64,000 bases of DNA from Paraspadella gotoi (Eukaryota; Animalia; Chaetognatha), in NCBI GenBank assembly GCA_051294375.1, contig CM119266.1:1741554-1805553 (forward strand), written 5' to 3'. The notes beneath the pieces are model-generated. The model ran no database searches and was not told where the DNA came from. It saw only the letters and a list, made by a program, of their open reading frames with translations. Position numbers and translations under genes: made by a program. This document shows, in pieces, positions 39,522 to 51,588 of the stretch. Every line of letters starts with the position of its first letter. Position 1 is the first letter of the stretch.

Positions 39522-39699
39522 AGAGGAGNNNNNNNNNNNNNNNNNNNNNNNNNAGAGAGAGAGAGAGAGAGAGAGCTGACTATGAACCCAGTGACGATAT
39601 AAAAAGCGCGATATTTGGTTTTTCATTTGAATAAATTTTATGCCGAGCATGAGAGAAGATAGCAAAAACACCATTAACTCGTGATTGGATTGGATGGAT

Positions 39700-40620
39700 T
39701 TAATGAAATTTTGTGTGTGGATAGGTAAAGTTGTGTGATTGAGCTGGATATTCAAGTTTTCGTATGGAATGCGTCCCGAGTGGAAATGAGTTTAAATGGA
39801 AAAAACAAAAAAAAAATATATTCACTATTTTGAACACCAAATTGCTCATGAGGTGGATGGCCTGATGACCCTGGAATTTTGGTATGTGGGTAGGAAAGTG
39901 TGGTGATTGAACAGGAAATCAAGTTTCGAATCGGAATAGTTTTGAGTGGAAATGAGTTTTAAATGGAAAAAACAAAAAACCTGTTTTAATAAATTGATTA
40001 TGCTTATTTTTCCTTTTATATTTAAATGTATCTGCAGGATGTATTAATAAATCTATAATTAAATCAGTTAATTAATCATCTAGTAACATAAAATTAAATC
40101 AATAATTAATTAATTAGTCATCAATTGCCGTCAATCGCGTCCTCATACTTAGCAAAAAAGCTCCAATAACTCGTGATTGGCTGGGTTGGATTGGAAATTA
40201 AATTTTGGTGTGTGGGTAGGAAAGTGTGTGATAAGCTGGATATAAATTTCGAATGGAATCGTGTGAGTGGGCAAATTAGTTTAATGAAAAAAAACATAAG
40301 TCGAATTTACTAAAATCTTTTTACTTATTTTTATAACCATAAATACTCCAAATTAATCATAATTGGATGGAGCAATAGATTTGAGTTGAAAATTTTGTGT
40401 GTGGGTAGGAAAACGTAATGACGAAGGCTTGATATAAAGTTTCAGTGGCAACGTACAAAGTGGAAATGAGTTTCAATGAAAAATATGAGTCACATTTACT
40501 TGATATCTTTTTATTTATTTTTAACTCCATGATAGATTGAGATGAAAATTTGTGAGCCGGTAGGAACAGTGAGTGAAGAACGGCTAGATATAAGTTTATG
40601 ACGGAATGCAAGTTGAAAAA
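39700..40620. repeat. Diverged tandem repeat, ~5 units (AAATTTTGTGTGTGGGTAGGAAAG...GAGTGGAAATGAGTTT)
   Basis: Motif recurs near 39706, 39875, 40200, 40389, 40546; weakly similar reverse-complement remnants near 63660-63880. Confidence 0.75.
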
Positions 40621-41148
40621 TGATGCAAGTTAAAAAATCTTAAAAGCATAAGGATCGTCGCTATTTTGCATAAAAAGAGAGAGAGAGAGAGAGGAATGAG
40701 ATGAGTTGAAGAGAGAAGATGAGAGAGTGAGAGAGCAAAGAGAGAGAGTGAGAGAGAGAGAAGAGAGAGAAGGAGACATAATAAAAAAATCTTAAAAGAC
40801 TCAAGATCGTGGGCCAGACAGCCCCACTATCATAGGAAATTAATGAAAAAAAACCGGGAAAAAAACGAAATGAATCATCGCGATAACGAATTGTCTGATG
40901 TACTAAGTAATTGATTGAGGTAAATACTAATTGGAAATTGATGTAATAGTAATTTATTTTATGTAATAGGGAGATTGATTATTGATATCGATGATAAATG
41001 CAATTTATTGATGCGAATGATTAGGTCATTCACGTGCTGTGATGATAGTCAATTCAGTGAATGCGATGAATTGTCATTCATTGATGCGATGATTGTCATT
41101 CATTGATGGCGATGATAGTCAATAAAACAAACAAATGCGTGTATGAGT

Positions 41149-41204
<56 letters not shown>

Positions 41205-41214
41205 AAGAGAGAGA

Positions 41215-41247
<33 letters not shown>

Positions 41248-41591
41248 AAGAAAGAGAATAAATCCACGAAAATCTCGATGAAATATGGGATTTTGTATTG
41301 GAAAAAAGCGCGAGGAATAAATGGGCAATGAATAAAAAGTTTTAGAAGGAGAAAAAATAATCAGAATTTTTCAAAAAAAAACCAAACGATCACGCAAAAA
41401 GGATCGGACAGATAGGGACAGACCAGCAACAGAGAGACAGAGAGACAGAGAGAGAAGAGAGGTAAGAGAGAACTAGCCCGCTTGCAGAGAAAAAAGAGAA
41501 AGAGAAAGAAGCGGATATATAATAATTAAAAGAGAGAGAGAGAGAGAAGCTCTAACAGCCCCTTTACTCGTTAAAGAATCAGCAGTACTTA

Positions 41592-41665
41592 GGCGCCGCC
41601 ACGTAGCGTGAGCTATTCTCTACCCAAGGAACCCGGGTTCGCGCACCTGTTGCGTGGGCCGTTCG
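41592..41665 (+). mobile_element. Possible degenerate tRNA-SINE head
   Basis: CCCGGGTTCG B box-like motif similar to the element at 150-226; A box poor. Confidence 0.3.
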
Positions 41666-41756
41666 GTTTTTTTTAATTAAAAAAAAAAGCATTAAAAGTG
41701 GGGGGAACGCCAATGTATATCTAAAAAATTTTTTTTGTAAAAGAGAGGAGGAGAGA

Positions 41757-41808
<52 letters not shown>

Positions 41809-43283
41809 GAGAGAGAGAGAGAGTGAGACAGCAAGCTGGACATGCGCTGCAAGAGCCGGAACTTCGTTTTAGAAAAAGCAGTGACGGGAGAAAAGAGAGA
41901 GAGAGAGAGCGACATATAATCTAAAAAACGTTTTTTGTTTTGTAAATAAAACATAACAAATGACCAATATTGATATGAAACATGAGAATTTTAAAGATCT
42001 TTTGGATGATTAGAAAGCCATATATGAAATTTCAACTGCCCTATGATATCACACTTTCAGAAGCCTATGATTGCAAAAAAAAAGGCGAGACCGAAAAGCT
42101 TAAACCGAAAAAAAAAATCGAAGCCAGGACGGGCTTTGCCCGCCTGGCTCGATAATAGAGGATATTTGTTTGTTTTGATAAATGTAAACAAAACATTTAA
42201 TAACTGTCCGCTGACTCAATTTTTAAGGACACTCGATGAATGAACAAAGCTGAATATAAATTATAATTAATCTAATTAATTACATTAATTAATTAATCTA
42301 TTAATTATTATTTAATCTATTAATTAATTAATTAATTAATTAATTAATCAATTAATTAATTAAATTAATGCGTTAGCAGATCCGACATTGTTTTGGCTCA
42401 AACTTGTCTTTTTAAGAAACGAACAACTTTTTTTGGTGTAGGGGGGGGGCTTCNNNNNNNNNNNNNNNNNNNNNNNNNTCCGTTGATCCGTTGAAAGCGC
42501 AGCTAAGATTTATAACCTCGACTTTTGGGCGATATAAAGGAATAAGGAAATAAAGCGATTGGCGGAAAGTGGCGCGGGGACGAGGAATTTCGTTCTCTAT
42601 TCCTAGTCGAATAATTGAAGAAAAGAAATGCGTTTATGGGGACAAATCTTTGCGATTTATTGTAATTATCTTTGGAAAGAGAAAATTATTTCTATAAAGT
42701 TATTTAATGTCCGGACTACCATTCTTTGTCATAATTTGAACCACTAAAAGCGATTTGAAAAAAAAAGAAAAAAAAAACTCTTTTAATAAATAAAATACTC
42801 AAATAATGATCTGATGACAAACTTGTGTCTTCGCTCCTTCAGAAAAAAAAAATTAAATAAAAAACTGAAAAAAAAAAGAAAAAAAAAAAGAAAAGGATCG
42901 ATCCTCAAATTTTTTAAGCCGTAAATTTCATCCGGCGACACAAATCTATTTGTAACCGTAAACGCCGAAATTCATGAAATTGTAAATTGTAACAAAAAAA
43001 TATCATTACGCTCTGAAAATAGTAAAAGCGATGAGGGCAAGGGGTTAATCGGCAATATCGTAACTTATCGGTTAATAAAAAATAACGCGAACTCAATAAA
43101 TAAATAAATAAAACAATTTGGGAGAATGATAAATAAACAAGGGGTGGCCGGGTGGGAGAAATGTCCGCGGGCGGGATTGTTGAGAGAAAAAAAATCGGTG
43201 GTGTGAAAAATCCGGTTATATCAATACAAACTTGAAAAAGTTAACGCGAGAGAGAGAGAGAGAGATGAGAGAGCAGAGAGAGA

Positions 43284-43342
<59 letters not shown>

Positions 43343-43436
43343 CACAACTCGAGTCGTTATTCTAAATTTAATAATAAAAAAAAATTTGGGAAAAACTTCA
43401 TCTTTTCTACTTTTTCTCAGTTTCTTTTTCTCCCCA

Positions 43437-43469
<33 letters not shown>

Positions 43470-43478
43470 TCTCTCCTC

Positions 43479-43509
<31 letters not shown>

Positions 43510-44334
43510 CTCTTTGTTTTCTCTGACGTAAGTTAACACTTTTCTAGCGCTTTACATGTTTTCCTGATGCTCGTATTTTTGATTAATTCAAAGTTGAGTG
43601 CACCGAATTTTCATCAAAAGTCTGGAAAATCAATTATTCAGGAAAGCGTTTAGCTTACGATTAAAAGATTTTAATAAAGAGTTACTTATTACAAATATGA
43701 AAGGTAAATGTGTAAATTTGTGCAGTTGATTCATTTTTTTCCCGCCAGAATCAGAGGTTTGATAACTTTTGAAAGAATTTAAAGTTTGAAAGTAAACAGT
43801 CGATCAGTTATGCATTAAAATTCCATGACACGAATATTTTTTTTAAAGAAAAAAAAAAAACCCAAAATTTGGGCCAAAATAAAATTTTGTGACAACTTAA
43901 AGTCGAATTCTGAGGGAACAAAAGGAAATGGATCGTGGGTTTGACGATGACGACGACGAAGATGACAATGACAGTGAATATTAAATAAAATGTAGGTAAT
44001 GACAATGAACCGATGACAGCGACGATAACGACTACGACAATTTCGCTTACGAGAATGGATACGACGACGACATTCGGCGACGACAACAACGACAACAACG
44101 ACGACAACAACGACCATCAAAATACGAGAAGCTTTTGAGATGAGGAGTTCAAAGTTGAATTCTTCTCAGGATTTGAACGACTTTTATTTTTTCTTACTTT
44201 TTTTCTTTCTTATTTTTTGTTTTTGTTTTGTGTTTTTTTTCTTCTTTTTACTTTTCTTTGTTTATATTCCGATTTTTCCTTTTTTGGGGTTTTGGAATTT
44301 TTTTTCTGGTTCATGTTTATTTTCTTTCTGTTTA

Positions 44335-45284
44335 CATGGTGACAATTTTACAAGCGCCGGTAGAAATACGCTGTCAAACCAGTGATTATTTCATTGATTT
44401 TAAAATTTAGTTAAGTAGAAAATACTAAAACTATTTATGTGTTAAAATTTTATATTGATCAGTTAAGATATGCCTTGACAATGAGTGGAGAAAGTTGGCT
44501 TGTAAAATCGGGTTTCATTTTCCAACTCACTTTTTTTAGATTCAATTTTTTTCTCTTAACTTCAGTAAGTTTTCTGAAGAAATTTGAAATAAAATAATAT
44601 TAATTTTATTATCTTCTGAAAGCCCTTTCAAATCTAAAAAGAATGACGTCCTTACAAATACTGTAGTATAAAATTTTACTGGCCCAGCATTAATTTAATT
44701 AGGATACTCAAAAACGAGACATCTTTTTAAAAATCAATAGCTGGAGAGTAAATCTATGATATTTATCAAATTGTGATTGGCTATCTTAAATCCTTTTTTC
44801 TCAGGCTCTTTCATGATACTTTTATAAATAATAATATTTTATGTTATAATAATTTAAACAGGTCATATATTTTGAAAAAAGATTTAAAATTTTAAATAAT
44901 TCACTTTTGACACTCTTAATTGAACCAAGGCTGGGCAGCTTACTTTTTATGTTAGAGCTTTCGTAAGTATATCAATATCTTTATATTTTTAAGGGCTTTC
45001 TGAGGATATTAATATTGTTAATATTTTGATAAATACTTTGTTTAAAAAGTGCTAAAAGTTTTTTAAAAAAATTGAATTTAAAAACAGTTGGAAAATGAAA
45101 TCCGATTTGACAAGCCAACTTTCTCCACTCATTATCAAGGCATATCATAACTGATTAATATAAAATTTTATCACATGAATAGTTTTAGTATTTTCTACTC
45201 AACTAATTTTTAAAATCAATGAAATAACCACGGGTCTGCAAATGACAGCATATTTCTACCGGCGCTTATAAAATTGTCACCATG
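44335..45284. mobile_element. Tc1/mariner-type MITE, 950 bp, ~190-200-bp imperfect TIRs, TA target-site duplication
   Basis: TA|CATGGTGACAATTTTA… at 44333 and …TAAAATTGTCACCATG|TA at 45286; TIRs 44335-~44527 and ~45086-45284; AT-rich non-coding interior. Mirror copy at ~51750-52737. Confidence 0.9.
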
Positions 45285-45310
45285 TACTTTCGCTTTATTT
45301 CCTTCATTTT

Positions 45311-45366
<56 letters not shown>

Positions 45367-45416
45367 TACCTCACCCAAAACCTGACCCCCACCCTCTCCT
45401 CTCCTTACCCTCTTAG

Positions 45417-45465
45417 GTTTTGCGTTGTGATTTTCATTCTCGGACTCGCCTCCACTTTGGGTCAA
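45417..45465 (+). CDS. Carboxylesterase/neuroligin-like gene, signal-peptide exon (FCVVIFILGLASTLGQ)
   Basis: Pyrimidine tract + TTAG acceptor, CAA|GTGAGT donor; hydrophobic core with small residues at -3/-1 (TLG|Q); phase 0 to the next exon. Confidence 0.85.
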
Positions 45466-45524
45466 GTGAGTTTCCAGTCAAACGTTGACCCAACTTCGCC
45501 GGCCTTCACATCCGTGAGTCTCTT

Positions 45525-45645
45525 TCATTCATTCATTCATTCATTCATTCATTCATTCATTCATTCATTCATTCATTCATTCATTCATTCATTCATTCAT
45601 TCATTCATTCATTCATTCATTCATTCATTCATTCAATCATTCATT
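45525..45645. repeat. (ATTC)n microsatellite in intron
   Basis: Read directly. Confidence 0.97.
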
Positions 45646-45678
45646 GATTAATTTATACTTCTTTCTCTCCTTCCACAG

Positions 45679-45811
45679 TCCACCGTCTCCACCCCTGTGG
45701 TCAACACGTCTTCCGGTTACATCCGGGGCCGAATTCTTTTCCGAGAAATCGAGGAACGACGACGACGCGTCGCCGCCTTCTTGGGAGTTCCTTACGCCCT
45801 CCCGCCCGTTG
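45679..45811 (+). CDS. Carboxylesterase/neuroligin-like gene exon (STVSTPVVNTSSGYIRGRILFREIEERRRRVAAFLGVPYALPPV)
   Basis: CCACAG acceptor, G|GTAAGT donor; P-x-V-x-T-x-x-G-x-I-R-G and FLGVPYAxPP are the N-terminal motifs of the type-B carboxylesterase family. Confidence 0.95.
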
Positions 45812-46128
45812 GTAAGTTCGCTCCCTTTCTCGCCCGTGGGTGAATTATAGAAAAGGTGAGCGCTTGATTGATCTTTTTGCCCGTGGGTCAGTTCGTTCAG
45901 AACATGAGCGGTGGACACGAATTAGTGAGTCACTTGACGGCCGAATCAGAACCGTTTGACCACAACCGACCACCAATACCGGCCACCGGAGCCCACAGTC
46001 GATGCAATGATAATCGTCGGCCAGTGAGAACCGTCAATGATCTTTGGATAAAAGAGGCGAATGGGAATACTTATTAATACTTATTAAAACTTAATAGTCA
46101 AATATATTGTAATATGTTAATTATATAT

Positions 46129-46381
46129 TATGGCAACAGCCGGGTTGCCTGTGATGCCCATTGGGATGGGGCATCTCACTGTTGGCTTTGGGGCTTCCGA
46201 CCCTCAGTGACGCCTCCAGTCACTGGCGGGTTACCCTAGGACGGTCTCGCTTTGCCAACGCAGAGGGAAGTCGTAAGGACTGTGGATGGAACACTACGCC
46301 TGGGATGGTGTGTTTCCCCTCTGAGCCAATGGATTTTGGCTGAAGGATGACGGACTTGAGGCGGTGTGATATACCGCCACA
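46129..46381 (-). mobile_element. Probable solo LTR (253 bp) inserted in a TA-rich tract
   Basis: GC-rich island with TGTGGC...GCCATA termini (TG...CA type with one mismatch) flanked by ATAT on both sides; the TSD is weak evidence in an AT repeat. Confidence 0.4.
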
Positions 46382-46391
46382 ATATTTATAT

Positions 46392-46425
<34 letters not shown>

Positions 46426-46916
46426 ATATTGTAATAATGATATCAAGTTTTAGGGAGCAGATAGTGGAAATAGTTCGTCTGAGAAAAGGATTGACAGACT
46501 GACATTGTAAAGAGAGAAATGAACAGAATAACAGACAGACAGACAGACAGACATGCCTAAAAGAAATGGAGGAAACTCGATATAACTATAAGCTATAAAC
46601 GTTTGCTACATTCCGATATTATAAAAGAGAAAAGACGTTGTGTTCATTTGTACTTGTGCTCTAGTTTTTTTGTGTGCTATGTTTTTTTCGTTAATTTTAT
46701 TTTTTCGTGTTTTGTTTTTGTTTTCTTTTTCAACATGTTATGACTCGCTTCGTCGCACCTGTTCTCTCTTGTTAGTTTTCCTCGTTCGCTTTCTTGTTCG
46801 TCATTTCATTTGTTCTTCTTTTTATTTTTTCAACTTCGGTTTCTCCTTCCATTTTTATCTTCGTCCATTTTTCATGTTCGCTTCTGTCCCGATTTCATTT
46901 TCCTCTCTATGCCGCT

Positions 46917-46984
<68 letters not shown>

Positions 46985-49900
46985 TCGTACTCTCTTTTCC
47001 TTTTTTTCCTTTTTTTCCCCTCTTTCTTTGCTTCTTTTTTTCTCTTGATACATTTTAGTTTTTATTCTTCTTCAATTTCCCGTCTTTACGACGGCCTTTT
47101 TGTTCAATCAAATTAATTTGAAAATAAAAAATCATTACAAAAATGGAAAAAGTGAAAAACTATGATTCATGCGAACCGAAATTGATAGGAATTGAATTAA
47201 AAATATCTAATTATATATAAACTTATCTCTGAGAACTTATCATTAAAATCGTTCTCAGAAATTATTTTTAAAAAATGAACCGCACGATATGCAAAATTTA
47301 ACCGTCGGTACCATTGTAACGCACTGTATATGTATACATAATTTATAATTAATATATTTAAAATTAATATTTACAATTGATTGACAATTTATGATTTATA
47401 TATTTACATTAATAAATTTATAGAATAAATTTGTAAAAAACTTTTTAGCTTGAGTGAGCAATATGTGGCTAAACATAATAGAGGAATTTTCTTTTTGTTT
47501 CCTTTTCAAAGTTCTACGTATTTCATTTAATTTGATAAGCGAATGAAAGACGAAAAAAAATAAATTTAATCTTTGGCAAAAGTCGCTCGTCCTCACCGTA
47601 AAGACGATTTGTAGCTTTAATGATAAAAGCGTTCATGTATTTTCCTTTTCATCTCACCAAGTGACACCCCAATGCCAAGACGTTGACGACGACAACGACG
47701 ACGACAACGACGACGACATCAACGACGACAACTAGAATTCCGACTGGAATTCATTTTTCACTCAGCCATCTCCTTCTTCCTCCTCCTCCTCTTCCTCCTC
47801 TTCCTCCTCCTCTTCCTTCTTCGTCTTCTATCATTTCAAGATTACATCCCTTGCGCCACGAAGAGATTCACACACACAGACACTCGTTCGCCCACAACCA
47901 CAGCCACAGTTTTCGCGTCCCGACCACACTCGCCTCAAGCGCCTTGTCCACACGGTTCTAACTTATCTGCAGCATCCCCCTTGTAACACGTTTACCACTA
48001 CATCTTAATTCTTTCCCCCCCCCCCCACCTGGCCCTCTGCCGACTAGACTCAAACTTACTCTCTACGTTCCCCAACTTCTCCCCAAGCCTATTTTTTTTT
48101 GCACCTGACTTGACAACTTCTCTCATTCCCCCCCCGCCACCCCCCGAAAAAAGGGGCAAAAACCGACGTGGCTCACACGAATGTGTCTTTTTGCTAAAAC
48201 GAATTTATCTTCGCTAAAAACGACTCTTGTCTTTTTTTTTTGCTAAAACGAAAAACTCGTTTGCTACTATGAATAAAAATATCTTATTAAATTGATTATT
48301 ATTGATATTTTTGTACATAACTATAGGTATTTAACGAAAAATTCTCCGTAAGCGAGAGAAGGAATAAAAAAAATTGTCACTACCAAATTATAAAATGATA
48401 TTTTAAACCAGAATAATTAACAAATTAGTATATTTTTAAATNNNNNNNNNNNNNNNNNNNNNNNNNCATAATATTGCTAACGAATGAATGGGGGCGACCT
48501 GAGTCTCAACGGACTGGAACTTTGTCCTTCATTATTCCACCGTGGATTGAACATTGGAATATGATTTAAAAATATACTAATTTGTTTAATTATTCTGGTT
48601 TAAAAATATCATTTTATAATTGGTAGTGACAATTTTTTTTATTCCTTCTCTCTCGCTTACGGAGAATTTTTCGTTAAATACCTATAGTTATGTTACAAAA
48701 ATATCAATAATAATCAATTTAATAAGATATTTTTATTCATAGTAGCAAACGAGTTTTTCGTTTTAGCAAAAAAAAAAGACAAGAGTCGTTTTTAGCGAAG
48801 ATAAATTCGTTTTAGCAAAAAGACACATTCGCATCGTGGTGAGCCACGTCGGTTTTTGCCCCTTTTTTCGGGGGGTGGGGCGGGGGGGAAATGAGAGAAG
48901 TTGTCAGAGTCAGGTGAAAAAAAAATAGGCTTGGGGAGAAGTTGGGGAAGCGTAAGGAGTAAGTTTGAGTCTAGTCGGCAGAGGGCCAGTGGGGGGGGGA
49001 AAGAATTAAGATGTAGTTGGTAAACGTTTACAAGGGGGATGCTGCAGATAAGTTAGAACCGTGTGGACAAGGCGCTTGAGGCGAGTGTGGTCGGGACTGC
49101 GAAAACTGTGGCTGTGGTTGTGGGCGAACGAGTGTCTGTGTGTGTGAATCTCTTCGTGGCGCAAGGGATGTAATCTTTGAAATGATAGAAGACGAAGAAG
49201 GAAAGCGAGGAGGAAGGGAGGAAGAGGAGGAGGAGGAAGAAGGAGATGGCTGAGTGAAAAATGAATTCCAGTCGGAATTCTAGTTTCGTCGTTGATGTCG
49301 TCGTCGTTGTCGTCGCGTTGTGCGTCGTCAACGTCTTGGCATTGGGTGTCACTTGGTGAGATGAAAAGGAAAATACATGAACGCTTTTATCATTAAAGCT
49401 ACAAATCGTCTTTACGGTGAGGACGAGCGAACTTTTGCCAAAGATTAAATTTATTTTTTTTCGTCTTTCATTCGCTTATCAAAATTAAATGAAATACGTA
49501 GAACTTTGAAAAGAAACAAAAAGAAAATTCCTCTATTATGTTTAGCCACATATTGCTCACTCAAGCTAAAAAGTTTTTACAAATTATTCTATAATTTATT
49601 AATGTAAATATATAAATCATAAATTGTCAATCAATTGTAAATATTAATTTTAAATATATTAATTATAAATTATGTATACATATACAGTGCGTTACAATGG
49701 TACCGACGGTTAAATTTTGCATATCGTGCGGTTCATTTTTTAAAAATAATTTCTGAGAACGATTTTAATGATAAGTTCTCAGAGATAAGTTTATATATAA
49801 TTAGATATTTTTAATTCAAATTCCTATCAATTTCGGTTCGCCATGAATCATAGTTTTTCACTTTTTCCTATTTTTGTAATGATTTTTTTATTTTCAAATT

Positions 49901-50601
49901 AATTGTAGATTGAACAAAAAGGCCGTCGTAAAGACGGGAAATTGAAGAAGAATAAAAACTAAAAATGTTCAAGAGAGAAAAGAAGCAAAGAAAGAGGGGA
50001 AAAAAGGAAAAAAAGGAAAAGAGAGTACGAAACGAGAAGAGAGAGAGAGAGAGAGAGAGAAGAGAGAGATGAGAGAGGAAGAGAGAGAGAGAAGAGAAGA
50101 GAGAGAGAGAAGAGCGGCAATAGAGAGGAAAATGAAATCGGACAGAAGCGAACATGAAAAATGGACGAAGATAAAAATGGAAGGAGAACCGAAGTTGAAA
50201 AAATAAAAGAAGAACAATGAAATGACGAAACAAGAAAGCGAACGAGGAAAACTAACAAGAGAGAACAGGTGCGACGAAGCGAGTCAATAACATGTTGAAA
50301 AAGAAAACAAAAACAAAACACGAAAAAATAAAATTAACGAAAAAAACATAGCACACAAAAAAACTAAGAGCACATGTACAATGAACAAACGTCTTTCTCT
50401 TTTATAATATCGGAATGTAGGCAAACGTTTATAGCTTATTTAGTTATATCGAGTTTCCTCCATTTCTTTTAGGCATGTCTGTCTGTCTGTCTGTCTGTTA
50501 TTCTGTCATTTCTTCTTTACAATGTCAGTCTGTCAATCCTTTTCTCAGACGAACTATTTCCACTATCTGCTCCCTAAAACTTGATATCATTATTACAATA
50601 T

Positions 50602-50635
<34 letters not shown>

Positions 50636-51124
50636 ATATATAATATTGTGGCGGTATATCACACCGCCTCAAGTCCGTCATCCTTCAGCCAAAATCCATT
50701 GGCTCAGAGGGGAAACACACCATCCCAGGCGTAGTGTTCCATCCACACTCCTTACGACTTCCCTCTGCGTTGGCAAAGCGAGACCGTCCTAGGGTAACGC
50801 GCGCCAGTGACTGGAGGCGTCAACTGAGGGTCCGGAAGCACCCAAAGCCACAGTAGAGATGCCCCATCCCAATGGCATCACAGGCAACCCGGCTGTTTTG
50901 CCATAATTATATAATTAACATATGTTACAATATATTTACTATTAGTTTAATAATATTAATAAGTATTCCATTCGCTCTCTTTTATCCCAAAGATCATTGT
51001 ACGTTCTCACTGCCGACGAGATTATCATTCATCGACTGTGGTCCGGTGGCGCGTATTGGTGTCGTTGTGGTCAAACGGTTCTGATTCGCCGTCAAGTGAC
51101 GGGCGAGAAAGGGAGCGAACTTAC

Positions 51125-51588
51125 CAACGGGCGGGAGGGCGTAAGGAACTGCCCAAGAAGGCGGCGACGCGTCGTCGTCGTTCCTCGATTTCTCGGAAAA
51201 GAATTCGCCCGGATGTAACCGGAAGACGTGTTGACCACAGGGGTGGAGACGGTGGACTGTGGAGGAGAGAAAAGAAGTATAAATTAATCAATGAAATGAT
51301 TGGATATGAATGAATGAATGAATGAATGAATGAAATGAATGAATGATAATGAATGAATGAATGAATGAATGAATGAATGATGATGAATGAATGAATGAAT
51401 GAATGAATGAATGAATGAATGAAGAATGAATGAATGAATGAATGAATAATGATGAATTGAACTGAAGAATGAATGAATTGAAAGAGACTCACGGATGTGA
51501 AGGCCGGCGAACGTTGGTCAAACGTTTGACTGGAAACTCACTTGACCCAAAGTGGAGGCGAGTCCGAGAATGAAATCACAACGCAAAA
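51125..51588 (-). pseudogene. Frameshifted antisense copy of the exons at 45417-45465 and 45679-45811 (within the inverted arm)
   Basis: Same exons in reverse; indels at ATCCGGG(G)C(C)GA and TTGGG(C)AGTT break the frame. More likely read errors than a true pseudogene. Confidence 0.5.

Noticed and set aside
45637-45918. Minus-strand 93-aa ORF and + ORF 45644-45850
   Set aside because: Shadow frames of the real esterase-family exon at 45679-45811.
47300-47330. TA|CAGTG Tc1-like end
   Set aside because: No partner terminus found except the mirror copy made by the large inversion.
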